Source: an uncultured bacterium (GTDB lineage Bacteria; Fidelibacterota; Marinisomatia; Marinisomatales; UBA1611). From it: a stretch of DNA of 64,000 nt. The notes under the pieces were generated by a model. That model did not search any database. It saw nothing but the letters and a program-made list of their open reading frames with translations, and was not told where the DNA came from. A program made the position numbers and the translations under genes. The stretch spans positions 288,001 to 352,000 of the forward strand of contig CALSPG010000001.1 of assembly GCA_943788175.1 (NCBI GenBank), in the 5' to 3' direction. Shown here piece by piece: positions 10,384-20,797 of the stretch; position 1 is the stretch's first letter, and every line of letters starts with the position of its first letter.

Positions 10384-11998
10384 TTAAGCTGATTGTAATT
10401 CTTCCACCGCTTTTTTTTCTCCATTTAGATATTTGAGCAAGCCTAAAGTTAAAACTGTCACTTAAAGCTTGCCTACTAGCATCAATAATATTTTTCGAAA
10501 CACCAATTGTTGACCACGACTCATCTCCATATGTGCTTTCAATCAAAACTCTAACCTTTGCGCCAGTGCCTTCTTGTTCATTTAATACGCGAACTTTATA
10601 GTCAGTTAGTCTAACATCTTTTTAAGTGCGGAAAAAAAATCGAGACAAGGCCTTGCGAAGAGCATTATTCAAAGCATCAACAGGACCATCTCCATCAGAA
10701 GCTGTGTGCTCAATATCTCCATCTACCAAGACCTTTAAAGTAGCATCAGATTTTGCGCTATCATTTTCACCATGCGAAATATGTACGTTTGAATCTATAA
10801 CAGTAAAAAAAGGACTATATTCACCAGACAGCTCTCGAATAATAAGCTCTAGAGATGCATCAGCTGCTTCAAATTGATAGCCTTTAAACTCTAACTCTTT
10901 TACTTTAGAAATCAGTTTACCAGTAATTTCTTTGGAGTTTTTAAAGTTTATATTTAATTCATTTGCTTTAAAGCTGATATTACTTTTTCCAGAAAGGTCA
11001 GAAACAAGAACTCTTTGCTTATTTCCAACTATGTCTGGTTTTATATGTTCATACATAGAGCTATTTTTCATAACTGCGCTAACGTGTATTCCACCTTTGT
11101 GGCGCGAATGCAGATTTGCCTATGAATGGAGCTTGAGTGTTAGGAGGCATATTCATAATATCATAGGTAAAACTCACCAAACTGGCAAGGTTCGGTAACT
11201 TTAAGTCAGTCTTTGTAGTTACATTCATTTTTAATACTAAATTTGGTATTACTGTTGCTAAGCTAACATTTCCGCATCTTTCTCCTACGCCATTTATAGT
11301 TCCTTGAACATGTAATGCTCCTCCTGTATACTGCCGTTAGCGTATTTGCGGCAGCTAAGCCACTATCATTATGTGAATGAATACCAATTGGCAAAGAATA
11401 CCGTTCAACAACTTTTCTTGGTGACATCATAAATATTATTTGGGAGAGAGCCACCATTAGTATCACACAATACTAGTGTATCTGCACCGCCATTTACGGC
11501 CGCATCTAACATTTCTAATGCAAATGATTCAGATTGTTGATATCCATCAAAAAAATGCTCTGCATCAAAGAGGACCCGCACTCCGTTTTTTGAAAGAAAA
11601 GCAACAGAACGCTCAATAAGTTTTGCATTATCTAGATCAGATATTCCTAGTCCATGTTTAGAATGTAGTTGCCATGTTTTACCAAATATCGTAATCACTC
11701 CAACCTCAGCTTCTAACAATGATAATAAGTTGTGGTCTCCCTCAACATTACTTAGCTTTCTAGCTGTAGAACCGAAAGCACATATTTCTGATTGTTTTAG
11801 GTTTATGGACTTAATTTTTTTGAAGAAACTTTTATCTCTGGGATTGCTTCCAGGCCAGCCGCCTTCTATAATGTTAATACCAAAATCATCTAATCGCTTA
11901 GCTAGTCTAATTTTATCCTCAACCGATAAATTAACGCCTTCACCTTGCGTTCCGTCCCTTAAGGTTGTGTCAAATAATTCTATTGCTTTATTTTTCAT
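10384..11998 (-). CDS. cimA: Citramalate synthase, frameshifted; end approximate
   Basis: DTTLRDGTQGEG, IEGGWPGSNP, DAEHFFDGY, LCDTNGG, GIHSHND, YEHIKP...GN...VSDLSGKSN, GDGPVDAL. Confidence 0.85.
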
Positions 11999-12011
11999 TT
12001 TCTAAACCTAT

Positions 12012-12650
12012 CTAATTAAATAACCACGGAAATTTATTTTTATAATTATCTTCAAAGTTCTTTATAATGTCAATATTCTCTAAGGTTTGGCCAATTTCAT
12101 CTAGCCCTTTTATAAGGGATTCTTTTTGATAAGGATTTATTTCAAATTTAATTTCATTATAAAAATTATCATTGACGACTTGATTGGTTAAATCAATTGT
12201 CAATTCATAGTTTTCTTTTTCTAGGCAATCATTAAAAAGAGTATTTATGTCTTTTTCACCTAGCTCTATTGGAAGAATGCCATTTTTAAAACAATTATTA
12301 TAAAAAATATCAGCAAAGCTTTTAGCTATGATGGCTTTTATTCCAAAATCTTTAATAGCCCAGGCAGCATGTTCGCGGCTAGAACCACATCCGAAATTTT
12401 CTCCAGTCAATAACACAGAAGCTCTATTATGGGGCTTTTTATTTAATATAAAATTTTTATTTATACGTCTTATAGAATGATCTTGACCGGGTTCACCCAT
12501 ATCTAAATATCTCCACTCATCAAATAGATTCACTCCAAATCCTTCTCTAGATATAGATTTAAGATATTGTTTCGGTATAATAGCATCTGTATCAATATTG
12601 TTTTTATCAAGTGGAGCTACAATTCCTTTGAATTTTCTGTACTTTTCCAT
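12012..12650 (-). CDS. leuD: 3-isopropylmalate dehydratase small subunit
   Basis: NIDTDAIIPKQYL, NFGCGSSREHA, SFADIFYNN. Confidence 0.97.
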   Translation of the reverse strand: MEKYRKFKGIVAPLDKNNIDTDAIIPKQYLKSISREGFGVNLFDEWRYLDMGEPGQDHSIRRINKNFILNKKPHNRASVLLTGENFGCGSSREHAAWAIKDFGIKAIIAKSFADIFYNNCFKNGILPIELGEKDINTLFNDCLEKENYELTIDLTNQVVNDNFYNEIKFEINPYQKESLIKGLDEIGQTLENIDIIKNFEDNYKNKFPWLFN

Positions 12651-14032
12651 TATATGCTTTCAATATCTGTGAAATGACCAGCCACAGCAGCAGCTGCAGC
12701 CATAGCAGGACTTACAAGATGAGTACGCCCACCCTGCCCTTGTCTTCCTTCAAAATTTCGGTTGGAGGTCGATGCACACCTTTCACCTGGATTCAGTCTA
12801 TCTGCATTCATTGCGAGGCACATAGAACAGCCCGGATCTCTCCATTCAAATCCAGCTTCAAGAAATATTTTATCCAATCCTTCTTCTTCTGCTTGTCTTT
12901 TTATTGGACCTGAGCCTGGAACTACCATTGCAAGTTTTATAGAGGTGCTAATTTTTTTATTTTTTACAACTTCTGCCGCTGATCTTAAATCTTCTATTCT
13001 ACTGTTTGTACAAGATCCAATGAAAATTTTATCAAGCTTAATATTTCTGATTTTTGTTCCAGGAGCCAAGTCCATGTACTTAAGAGCTGAGGAATAAGAT
13101 TTTTCTGCTCCAAGAGGAATTTCTCCATTTATATTCGTTACCATCTCTGGGGATGTTCCCCAGGTCACCATAGAACTAACATCTTCTCCATTAATATCTA
13201 TAATTTTGTCAAATGATGCGTTGCTATCAGAGTTAAGTGTCTTCCAGTACTTAACTGCTTCTTCAAATTTATTTTTTGATGGAGCATAATTTTTATTTTG
13301 TAAATAATGAATAGTTTTATCGTCTACTCCAATAAGACCTGCCCTAGCCCCAGCCTCAATAGTCATATTGCATACTGTCATTCTTCCCTCCATAGAAAGC
13401 GACCTAATAACAGAACCGCCAAATTCAATAGAATATCCAGTTCCTCCTGCAGTGCCAATCTTACCTATTATAAATAAAATTAAATCTTTAGCTGTAATCC
13501 CATTTGATAGTTGACCATTAATATTAATTAGCATAGTCTTAGATCTTTTTTGAATTAAACACTGAGTCGCCAATACATGCTCTACTTCAGAAGTACCGAT
13601 TCCAAATGCTAATGTACCAAATGCACCATGTGTTGAGGTGTGTGAATCACCACAAACAATAGTCATTCCAGGTAATGTCAAACCTTGCTCTGGACCAATA
13701 ATATGGACAATACCTTGACTAGGATCATTCATACTGAATTTTTTTACATTAAAGTTTTCGCAGTTTTCTTCAAGAGTCTCAACTTGAATTTTTGAAACGG
13801 GGTCAGTTATTCCTTTATGCCTGTTCTTTGTTGGGATATTATGATCAGGTACAGCAAAATTTGAATTGGTCCTCCAAAGCCTCCTCTTTGCAATCCTCAA
13901 TCCTTCAAAAGCTTGTGGAGATGTGACTTCATGAATATAATGTCTATCTATATAAAGTAAGTCAAAACCGTTTTTATTAGATTTAACACAATGGGAATCC
14001 CAAATTTTATCGTACAGTGTTTTTGGTGTCAT
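12650..14032 (-). CDS. leuC: 3-isopropylmalate dehydratase large subunit
   Basis: [52 protein letters not shown]. Confidence 0.98.
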   Translation of the reverse strand: MTPKTLYDKIWDSHCVKSNKNGFDLLYIDRHYIHEVTSPQAFEGLRIAKRRLWRTNSNFAVPDHNIPTKNRHKGITDPVSKIQVETLEENCENFNVKKFSMNDPSQGIVHIIGPEQGLTLPGMTIVCGDSHTSTHGAFGTLAFGIGTSEVEHVLATQCLIQKRSKTMLININGQLSNGITAKDLILFIIGKIGTAGGTGYSIEFGGSVIRSLSMEGRMTVCNMTIEAGARAGLIGVDDKTIHYLQNKNYAPSKNKFEEAVKYWKTLNSDSNASFDKIIDINGEDVSSMVTWGTSPEMVTNINGEIPLGAEKSYSSALKYMDLAPGTKIRNIKLDKIFIGSCTNSRIEDLRSAAEVVKNKKISTSIKLAMVVPGSGPIKRQAEEEGLDKIFLEAGFEWRDPGCSMCLAMNADRLNPGERCASTSNRNFEGRQGQGGRTHLVSPAMAAAAAVAGHFTDIESI

Positions 14033-14035
14033 GTT

Positions 14036-15619
14036 CTACACGTTCACAGATTCTTCAATAAATAAAAGATATCTACTGTTTTTATCATTTTCATATTGGT
14101 TTAATGCGTCTAAATAAGCTTTAACACTTGCTTTGATTGTATCGGTTGATGTTCCCTTTGATATATATAAAGAGTCATTAATAAACAGTCTTATTATCAC
14201 TTCTCCGAATGCATCCTTTCCGCTGGTTATCGATCTAACCTTGTAATCATGAAGCTTAATATCATAATCAAGCTTTAAAGCTCTCTTGATAGCTTTAAAA
14301 CAGGCTGCTACAGGCCCATCACCTGTTGCAGATTCTTGTTCAATACTATCTGGTGTCTTTATGCGTACAGTAGCGGTGGGTATAGTATTAGTGCCATTAT
14401 TAACATGAAGGTAGTCCAGTTCGTATGAGTTATTTTTATTCACATTTCTATCGCCCATCAATATTCTAAGGTCATCATCGAATATTTCTTTTTTCTTATC
14501 CGCTAATTCTAAAAACTTAGAATAAACTTTATTCATCTCTTTATTAGTAAGCTCGTATCCTAATTCAGATAACCTAGATTGGATACCATGCCTACCAGAA
14601 TGACGACCAAGTATAATTTTACTTTTATTTAGACCTACAGACTCAGGAGTCATTATTTCATAAGTTTCTCTGTTTTTTAAAAATCCATCTTGATGTATAC
14701 CTGATTCATGAGCAAAAGCATTGTCACCAACAATGGCTTTATTTGCTTGAACAATCATACCAGTATGTTTAGAAACCATTTTACTGGTATTATAAATTTC
14801 TTTTGTGACTATATCTGTATCAAAGTCCCAATAATCATTTCTAACATTCAGACTCATGACTATTTCCTCGAGAGAGGCATTACCAGCGCGTTCACCTATG
14901 CCATTTATGGTACACTCAACCTGTCGCGCCCCTGATGATATCGCAGACAGAGAGTTTGCTACTGCCAACCCTAGATCATTATGACAATGAACACTAATAA
15001 TTGCCTTTCGAATATTTCTAACCTTCTTCTTTATTAATAATATTTTTTCACCAAATTCTAAAGGCATAGTGTATCCAGTCGTATCAGGTACATTAATTAC
15101 TGTCGCGCCAGCATCAATGACAGCCTCTATAATCTCGCACAAATAATTAATATCTGTTCTACCAGCGTCTTCAGGAGAAAACTCAACATCATCTGTTAAT
15201 GTTTTAGCATAGGTGACTGCATCAGCTGCCATTTTAATAACTGTTTCTCTTTTCTCGTTAAGATTTATACCGTATTTCGTATCTGAAAACTTTCCCATGA
15301 TATGAATATCAGAAGTGCCCGCAAATGTATGAATACGATAATTATTTGCATTCTTTAAGGCCTCATACGCTTTCTTTACATCTTTCGGAATTGACCTCGC
15401 TAGAGCGGCTATTATGGGACCATCTGTACTGCCTGATATTCTTTCTACAGCCTCAAACTGAGCTTTTGAAGAAACAGGAAAACCAGCTTCAATTACATCA
15501 ACATTTAATTTTGATAGTTGTTTTGCTATCTCGACTTTTTCTTCAATTTCAAGAGAAGAGCCAGGTGCTTGTTCTCCATCTCTAAGGGTAGTATCAAAAA
15601 TAACTATTTTATCGCTCAT
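14036..15619 (-). CDS. leuA: 2-isopropylmalate synthase
   Basis: DTTLRDGEQ, HCHNDLGLA, GIGERAGN, HESGIHQDG, regulatory domain GDGPV. Confidence 0.97.
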   Translation of the reverse strand: MSDKIVIFDTTLRDGEQAPGSSLEIEEKVEIAKQLSKLNVDVIEAGFPVSSKAQFEAVERISGSTDGPIIAALARSIPKDVKKAYEALKNANNYRIHTFAGTSDIHIMGKFSDTKYGINLNEKRETVIKMAADAVTYAKTLTDDVEFSPEDAGRTDINYLCEIIEAVIDAGATVINVPDTTGYTMPLEFGEKILLIKKKVRNIRKAIISVHCHNDLGLAVANSLSAISSGARQVECTINGIGERAGNASLEEIVMSLNVRNDYWDFDTDIVTKEIYNTSKMVSKHTGMIVQANKAIVGDNAFAHESGIHQDGFLKNRETYEIMTPESVGLNKSKIILGRHSGRHGIQSRLSELGYELTNKEMNKVYSKFLELADKKKEIFDDDLRILMGDRNVNKNNSYELDYLHVNNGTNTIPTATVRIKTPDSIEQESATGDGPVAACFKAIKRALKLDYDIKLHDYKVRSITSGKDAFGEVIIRLFINDSLYISKGTSTDTIKASVKAYLDALNQYENDKNSRYLLFIEESVNV

Positions 15620-15628
15620 TATGGTTCT

Positions 15629-16711
15629 CTAATCTTTGTTAGTTAAAAGTTTTCTATAGTTTTCTATTACCAGTTCTGTGAATTCAACAGTCGATAAATT
15701 TTTATTTTTATCGTTTACAATATCAGGAGTTCCATATCCTGCATCTAATGAATCACTAACCGCTTGATGAAGATTCGATTCTATAGTTTTTTCATTAAAT
15801 GAAATACCCATCATCATTGCAATAGACAGAATAGACGCTATAGGGTTCGCAATATTTTTACCCGCTAGGTCCGGAGCAGAACCATGAACTGGTTCATACA
15901 TAGAAAAATTATCACCAATACTTGCAGATGGTAGCATTCCTAAGCTTCCTGTAATCATAGCAGAGATATCACTCAAAATATCACCAAATAAATTTTGAGT
16001 GACAATTACATCAAACTGCTTAGGGTTATGAATAATCTGCATTGCAGCATTATCCACATACATATCAGATAACATTACGTCTGGATAATTTTTATGAACA
16101 TCATGTATAATATTTTGCCAAAATTGAGAGCTCTCTAATACATTTGATTTATGAACTGAGACTAAGTTTTTTGAACGACTTTGAGCCAGCTTGAATGATA
16201 CATGGGCGATTCGTTCAACTTCTTTTTTTGTATATTCTAATGTATTCCAGCCTCTATCCGCTTCTAAACCCCTAGGACTACCAAAATATATTCCGCCCGT
16301 TAATTCTCTTACAATCATAATATTCGTACCTTCAATTATATTAGGCTTTAAGCTAGATGAATGAACTAAAGCTTTAAAAATATTTGCCGGTCTTAAGTTC
16401 GAGAACAGAGAAAGTGATTTTCTTAATTTTAAGAGTGCTTGTTCAGGTTTCTTATCATGCTCTACATTGTCCCACTTGGGACCACCTACAGCACCCAAAA
16501 AAACAGAATCAGAAGACAGGCAAGCTTCTAGAGTGTCGTTCGTGAGAGGTGTATCATATAAATCAATAGATTTACCCCCAATTTCCTTTTCTATAATAGT
16601 AAATTCTAATTCACTGTGCCTTGAGACTTCTTTTAATACTTCTACAGCGGAAGTAGTTATTTCAGGTCCTATTCCGTCACCAGGAAGCGTTATTATGTTA
16701 TAATTTTTCAT
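15629..16711 (-). CDS. leuB: 3-isopropylmalate dehydrogenase
   Basis: LPGDGIGPE, GAVGGPKW, NLRP, RELTGGIYFG, EPVHGSAPD. Confidence 0.97.
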   Translation of the reverse strand: MKNYNIITLPGDGIGPEITTSAVEVLKEVSRHSELEFTIIEKEIGGKSIDLYDTPLTNDTLEACLSSDSVFLGAVGGPKWDNVEHDKKPEQALLKLRKSLSLFSNLRPANIFKALVHSSSLKPNIIEGTNIMIVRELTGGIYFGSPRGLEADRGWNTLEYTKKEVERIAHVSFKLAQSRSKNLVSVHKSNVLESSQFWQNIIHDVHKNYPDVMLSDMYVDNAAMQIIHNPKQFDVIVTQNLFGDILSDISAMITGSLGMLPSASIGDNFSMYEPVHGSAPDLAGKNIANPIASILSIAMMMGISFNEKTIESNLHQAVSDSLDAGYGTPDIVNDKNKNLSTVEFTELVIENYRKLLTNKD

Positions 16712-16828
16712 ATTAATTAATTCGGTTATTATATTTTAAATCAACACTGATAAATAATCTGCATAATTAAGAAGTTTTGTGGAAGAATGTATTCCCAAGT
16801 ACCGCTCAAACAGAATTATTATTTCTTA

Positions 16829-16966
16829 TTAAGCGGTCAGAAAAGCGCGAATAATAATCAGGGATAAGATAACGTAATTAATAAAGAGGACTAAGACATG
16901 TTTTCTTGGTCCTTCAAACGAAGGTAATTCTAGCAGTTTAGTTCTGATGTGATTTATTGACTTCAT
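16829..16966 (-). promoter_or_regulatory. Putative branched-chain amino acid leader peptide (45 aa) of the leu/cimA operon
   Basis: MKSINHIRTKLLELPSFEGPRKHVLVLFINYVILSLIIIRAFLTA*; hairpin ACCGCTTAA/TTGAGCGGT (16837-16801) overlaps the stop. Confidence 0.55.
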
Positions 16967-17202
16967 TAATAACGTTTACTTAGGAAATTTATTTTAATAA
17001 AATAACTACCGTAAATTAAAAATTAATTTTTTATACGCAAATAAATAATATTTTAAAGTAGCAATACTGTATTACTTCAAAATTTCATTTAAGATTGTTA
17101 AAAAACCATAGTAAACTTGAAGTTGTAATTAAAAATTAATTAGACAAATACTTTAATAAGTACAATTTATTAATTTATTAAAACCAATATAAAGTAAACA
17201 TT

Positions 17203-18792
17203 GTGTGTGGAATATTTACCGTTTATAACACTGACTACCGATGGGATTCTCTAGAAGATTCATTTAATAAAATATCTTACAGAGGTCCAGATTCAAGTAG
17301 CCATTTACATGTTAATAATAAGCTAACAATGGCTTTTCATCGGCTTGCAATAATGGGCTTAAGTGATTCTGGTAACCAGCCAATGAAGCATCCAAATGAT
17401 GATTCTCTAACTCTTATGTGCAATGGAGAGATTTACAATTATAAAGTTCTTGCTCAGAAATACAACTTTAACCTTTCAACAGGATCTGATTGTGAAATTA
17501 TTTTACATTTATTTAAAGAGCTAGGATTGATGAAAACTATAAATCAGCTAGATGGTGTATTTATGTTTACTATATATGACGAAATAAATGATATCTTATA
17601 TGCTGGTCGTGATCCTATGGGTGTTAGACCAGGATTTATTGCAAATACTGAAGATGAAACAATTATATCATCAGAGGCTAAATCTTTAATCAAATTTTCT
17701 AAAAATATTATCCCTTTCCCTCCTGGCACGTGGTGGTCTTCAGATAATCCATCTAAATTTGAAAGATATTTTCACTACGATTCAAATAAGCCTTCATCAG
17801 ATAATGAAAATGTACTTCTAGGAAATGTTAAATCTTTACTAGTTGAAGCAGTCTTAAAGAGACTAATGTCAGAAAGAGAGATAGGTTGTTTGTTATCTGG
17901 TGGACTTGACTCTAGTTTGATTGCAAGCATAGTCTCGAAGAATTACAGTGGGGGAAAGTTAAATACTTTCTCTATTGGTATCGATAGTAGTATAGATCTT
18001 CAATATGCGCAAATAGTTGCAAATTTTATTCAATCAAATCACCATAGTATTCAAATATCTGAAAAAGAATTTTTAGATGCGATAGAAACGGTTATCTATA
18101 ACATAGAATCATATGACACTACTACTGTTCGAGCAAGTGTGGGTAATTACCTAGTTTCAAAATATATAAAAGAAAATACAGACTGTAAGGTCATATTTAA
18201 TGGTGATGGAAGTGATGAAGTGTGTTGCGGCTATTTATACCTTAGAAACGCACCTAATTCCAAAGACTTACAATTGGAAAGCGAGAAACTCGTTAAAGAA
18301 CTTTATTTATTTGACGTTTTAAGATCAGATCGTTGTATCAGTTCGAATGGATTAGAAGCGCGCACGCCATTTTTGGACAAAAAATTTGTAAAATATTATT
18401 TATCTATTCCAGCAGAATTAAAAACATTCAATACAAAAGATAAAATTGAAAAAAATCTGCTAAGAAAAGCATTTGATGATGAGACATTCTTGCCAAAGGA
18501 TGTGTTGTGGAGGCGTAAAGTAGCCTTTTCTGACGGGGTGAGTTCACAAGAAAAATCTTGGCATAAAATCATTCAAGAATACGTAAATAAAAAAATAACA
18601 GATAAAGAATTCTTAAATGCTCAAAGATTAATGCCTCATTGCACTCCGTTATTAAAAGAGAGTTATTACTATAGAAAAATATTTGAAAATTTTTTTCCAG
18701 AAAGTGAAAAGCTCATTCCGCACTTTTGGATGCCAAAGTGGTCAGATGCAACTGACCCTTCAGCAAGAGAATTAAAAAATTATAAGGAATAA
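17203..18792 (+). CDS. asnB: Asparagine synthase (glutamine-hydrolysing)
   Basis: N-terminal MCGI, RGPD, HRLAI, NGEIYN, LSGGLDSS, GDGSDE, EARTPFLD. Confidence 0.95.
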   Translation: MCGIFTVYNTDYRWDSLEDSFNKISYRGPDSSSHLHVNNKLTMAFHRLAIMGLSDSGNQPMKHPNDDSLTLMCNGEIYNYKVLAQKYNFNLSTGSDCEIILHLFKELGLMKTINQLDGVFMFTIYDEINDILYAGRDPMGVRPGFIANTEDETIISSEAKSLIKFSKNIIPFPPGTWWSSDNPSKFERYFHYDSNKPSSDNENVLLGNVKSLLVEAVLKRLMSEREIGCLLSGGLDSSLIASIVSKNYSGGKLNTFSIGIDSSIDLQYAQIVANFIQSNHHSIQISEKEFLDAIETVIYNIESYDTTTVRASVGNYLVSKYIKENTDCKVIFNGDGSDEVCCGYLYLRNAPNSKDLQLESEKLVKELYLFDVLRSDRCISSNGLEARTPFLDKKFVKYYLSIPAELKTFNTKDKIEKNLLRKAFDDETFLPKDVLWRRKVAFSDGVSSQEKSWHKIIQEYVNKKITDKEFLNAQRLMPHCTPLLKESYYYRKIFENFFPESEKLIPHFWMPKWSDATDPSARELKNYKE

Positions 18793-18810
18793 TTCAGCCA
18801 TTTTGTAATT

Positions 18811-20307
18811 TTATTTTAAAAGAACCATTTTCATGGACTGTTGACTTTCATTTGTTGTTAGTCTAAAAAAGTAAAGCCCGGCAGAAACAGCATTTCCATT
18901 TCTATCAAGAGAATTCCACGCAAGAGTCTTGAATCCCGCAGTTTGATGTCTATTTAATAATGTTTTTACCAACTTTCCTTTAGCATCATATATTGAAACC
19001 TTAACAATACCATCAAATGGGAGTTCGTAATTAATTGCCGTAGAAGGATTAAATGGATTTGGATAATTTTGATGCAACATAAACTCTTTTGGTAAATAGT
19101 TGTTACTATGTGCATATAGCGATGAGTTTACTATTAATGTTTCGCTGTAAGGCCCTCTATTTCCTGCATGATCAAAAGCAGAAATTCTATAATAAACAGT
19201 TACACTTTCTAAATATTCTAAGTCTGAATGAAGGTTATTTGTTGTAACAATAGATTCATATTGGTCTGTCTCAAATAATGGGTCAGCAGATTTATCAATT
19301 TCATAATAGTTGAAATCACTATCAGATATGTGGTCCCAACGTAGTTGAACAGAATTTTGATTTAGAGTAAAGTTAAAATTTGCTGGAGTATTTGGTGCAA
19401 GATTATCTATTGAATAACCATATCCAACAATACTCACAGGGTTGATATCAATCTCATAGTTTTGTGCTATTACTCTAAAACCTGTCATTCCGTTGTGTTG
19501 ATCGGAAGAGTCTGATAAAGTCAGAGCTTCATAGTAGTATACCTTTTCCCCTAATCCTCCGAAAGATCCAAGATTTACCCAATTAGGATCATCAAACCGT
19601 TGAATAGTATAGCTATCTATACCATGGGGGTGAGCATCTACATCAATCATAGATCTATTAATTTCTAAATAAACGCGCCCACCTTGATCATCAGATATAT
19701 CTTGTATGCTTATAATATTAGGAGAAACATCTATGGGGCCTGATCTCCAATAAGAGACACCTCCGCCTCCGCCTCCACCATCGCCGTCTCCACCTCCTCC
19801 GGGCCAACCTGTGCCATTACCTGATGTCCAGCTAGTAAAATTAATATCATAGTATTTTTGGTCAGGTATTGAATAAAACGAACCGACCGTTCCAGGTAGA
19901 AATTTAGGAACGTAAATAATGTTAAATACACCGACTGCAAGATATTCACTTACATATGCAAAAGAAGGACGACCTCTCCATAGCGTATTAGACGGTGAAC
20001 CAGATATGTAGCTGTTTTCAGTAATTGGATTATATATAGCTTGGTTGTTTCCCCGCATGAGAGCAACATCATCTGAAATTATGTCCCAATTATCAGAATC
20101 GGTAGGGTCGGCATAATCTTCTTTCTGATAATAAACTGTCCCTTCATTGCAGAATGATATGGGTAATTCGTCACAGCAATTATCTTCGCCATACGCATAT
20201 TCCAACACATCAATACCTTGTCCGTTAATATGATTCTGATACATCTCAAGACACTGAGGATACGATAAAGAATTTATAATAAGTAATATTAGTAAAATTC
20301 TAAGCAT
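18811..20307 (-). CDS. Secreted protein with Gly-run domain, FN3-like domain and FlgD/T9SS-A-like CTD
   Basis: Signal peptide; DNLAPNTPANF...WD FN3-like; NYPNPFNP...KMVLLK. Confidence 0.8.
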   Translation of the reverse strand: MLRILLILLIINSLSYPQCLEMYQNHINGQGIDVLEYAYGEDNCCDELPISFCNEGTVYYQKEDYADPTDSDNWDIISDDVALMRGNNQAIYNPITENSYISGSPSNTLWRGRPSFAYVSEYLAVGVFNIIYVPKFLPGTVGSFYSIPDQKYYDINFTSWTSGNGTGWPGGGGDGDGGGGGGGVSYWRSGPIDVSPNIISIQDISDDQGGRVYLEINRSMIDVDAHPHGIDSYTIQRFDDPNWVNLGSFGGLGEKVYYYEALTLSDSSDQHNGMTGFRVIAQNYEIDINPVSIVGYGYSIDNLAPNTPANFNFTLNQNSVQLRWDHISDSDFNYYEIDKSADPLFETDQYESIVTTNNLHSDLEYLESVTVYYRISAFDHAGNRGPYSETLIVNSSLYAHSNNYLPKEFMLHQNYPNPFNPSTAINYELPFDGIVKVSIYDAKGKLVKTLLNRHQTAGFKTLAWNSLDRNGNAVSAGLYFFRLTTNESQQSMKMVLLK

Positions 20308-20639
20308 AAATGTTTTCTCATTTGAATTATAACGAATAAATATTCGATCAAAATGGACATAAAAGCAAATTACTAATGTAAATGCAATCGGTTCTTAACC
20401 GAGGTTAATAATTAAGCTCATTATAAAATGATAATGAAACCATATAAAGCAAAAATTATTTTTTTAAAAATATTAAGTAATCTTGATGACGCATTGTATT
20501 ATAATCAACATTTTAAGTTTTTAAAACTACGTTTCAATTATTATAATTAGATGTCTATTAGGGTGAGATAAAAAAATGGTTTTCTATAAATAAAAATATT
20601 AATGCTAGAAAATTGTTATTTTTTTTTTTAATTTTAGTT

Positions 20640-20723
20640 ATGTTTTTATTTCAACATATAATCAAATCTTCCTTCGTTTGGTGGCCATCCCGGCCATATA
20701 TATCCTTTAATTACGCTTCGTAG
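20640..20723 (+). promoter_or_regulatory. Putative Trp leader peptide (27 aa, tandem Trp codons)
   Basis: MFLFQHIIKSSFVWWPSRPYISFNYAS*, TGG TGG at 20679-20684, followed by hairpins, ending 74 nt before trpB2. Confidence 0.75.
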
Positions 20724-20797
20724 CGTACTACTCCAGTACATAAATTTTAAAAAACATTCGCATGCGAATTATTTTCGCCTGCTAAATAATAAGGAAT

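Noticed and set aside
8593-11998. Programmed frameshifting in ybiT or cimA
   Set aside because: Many scattered indels per gene with no single slippery site; sequencing error or decay is more parsimonious.
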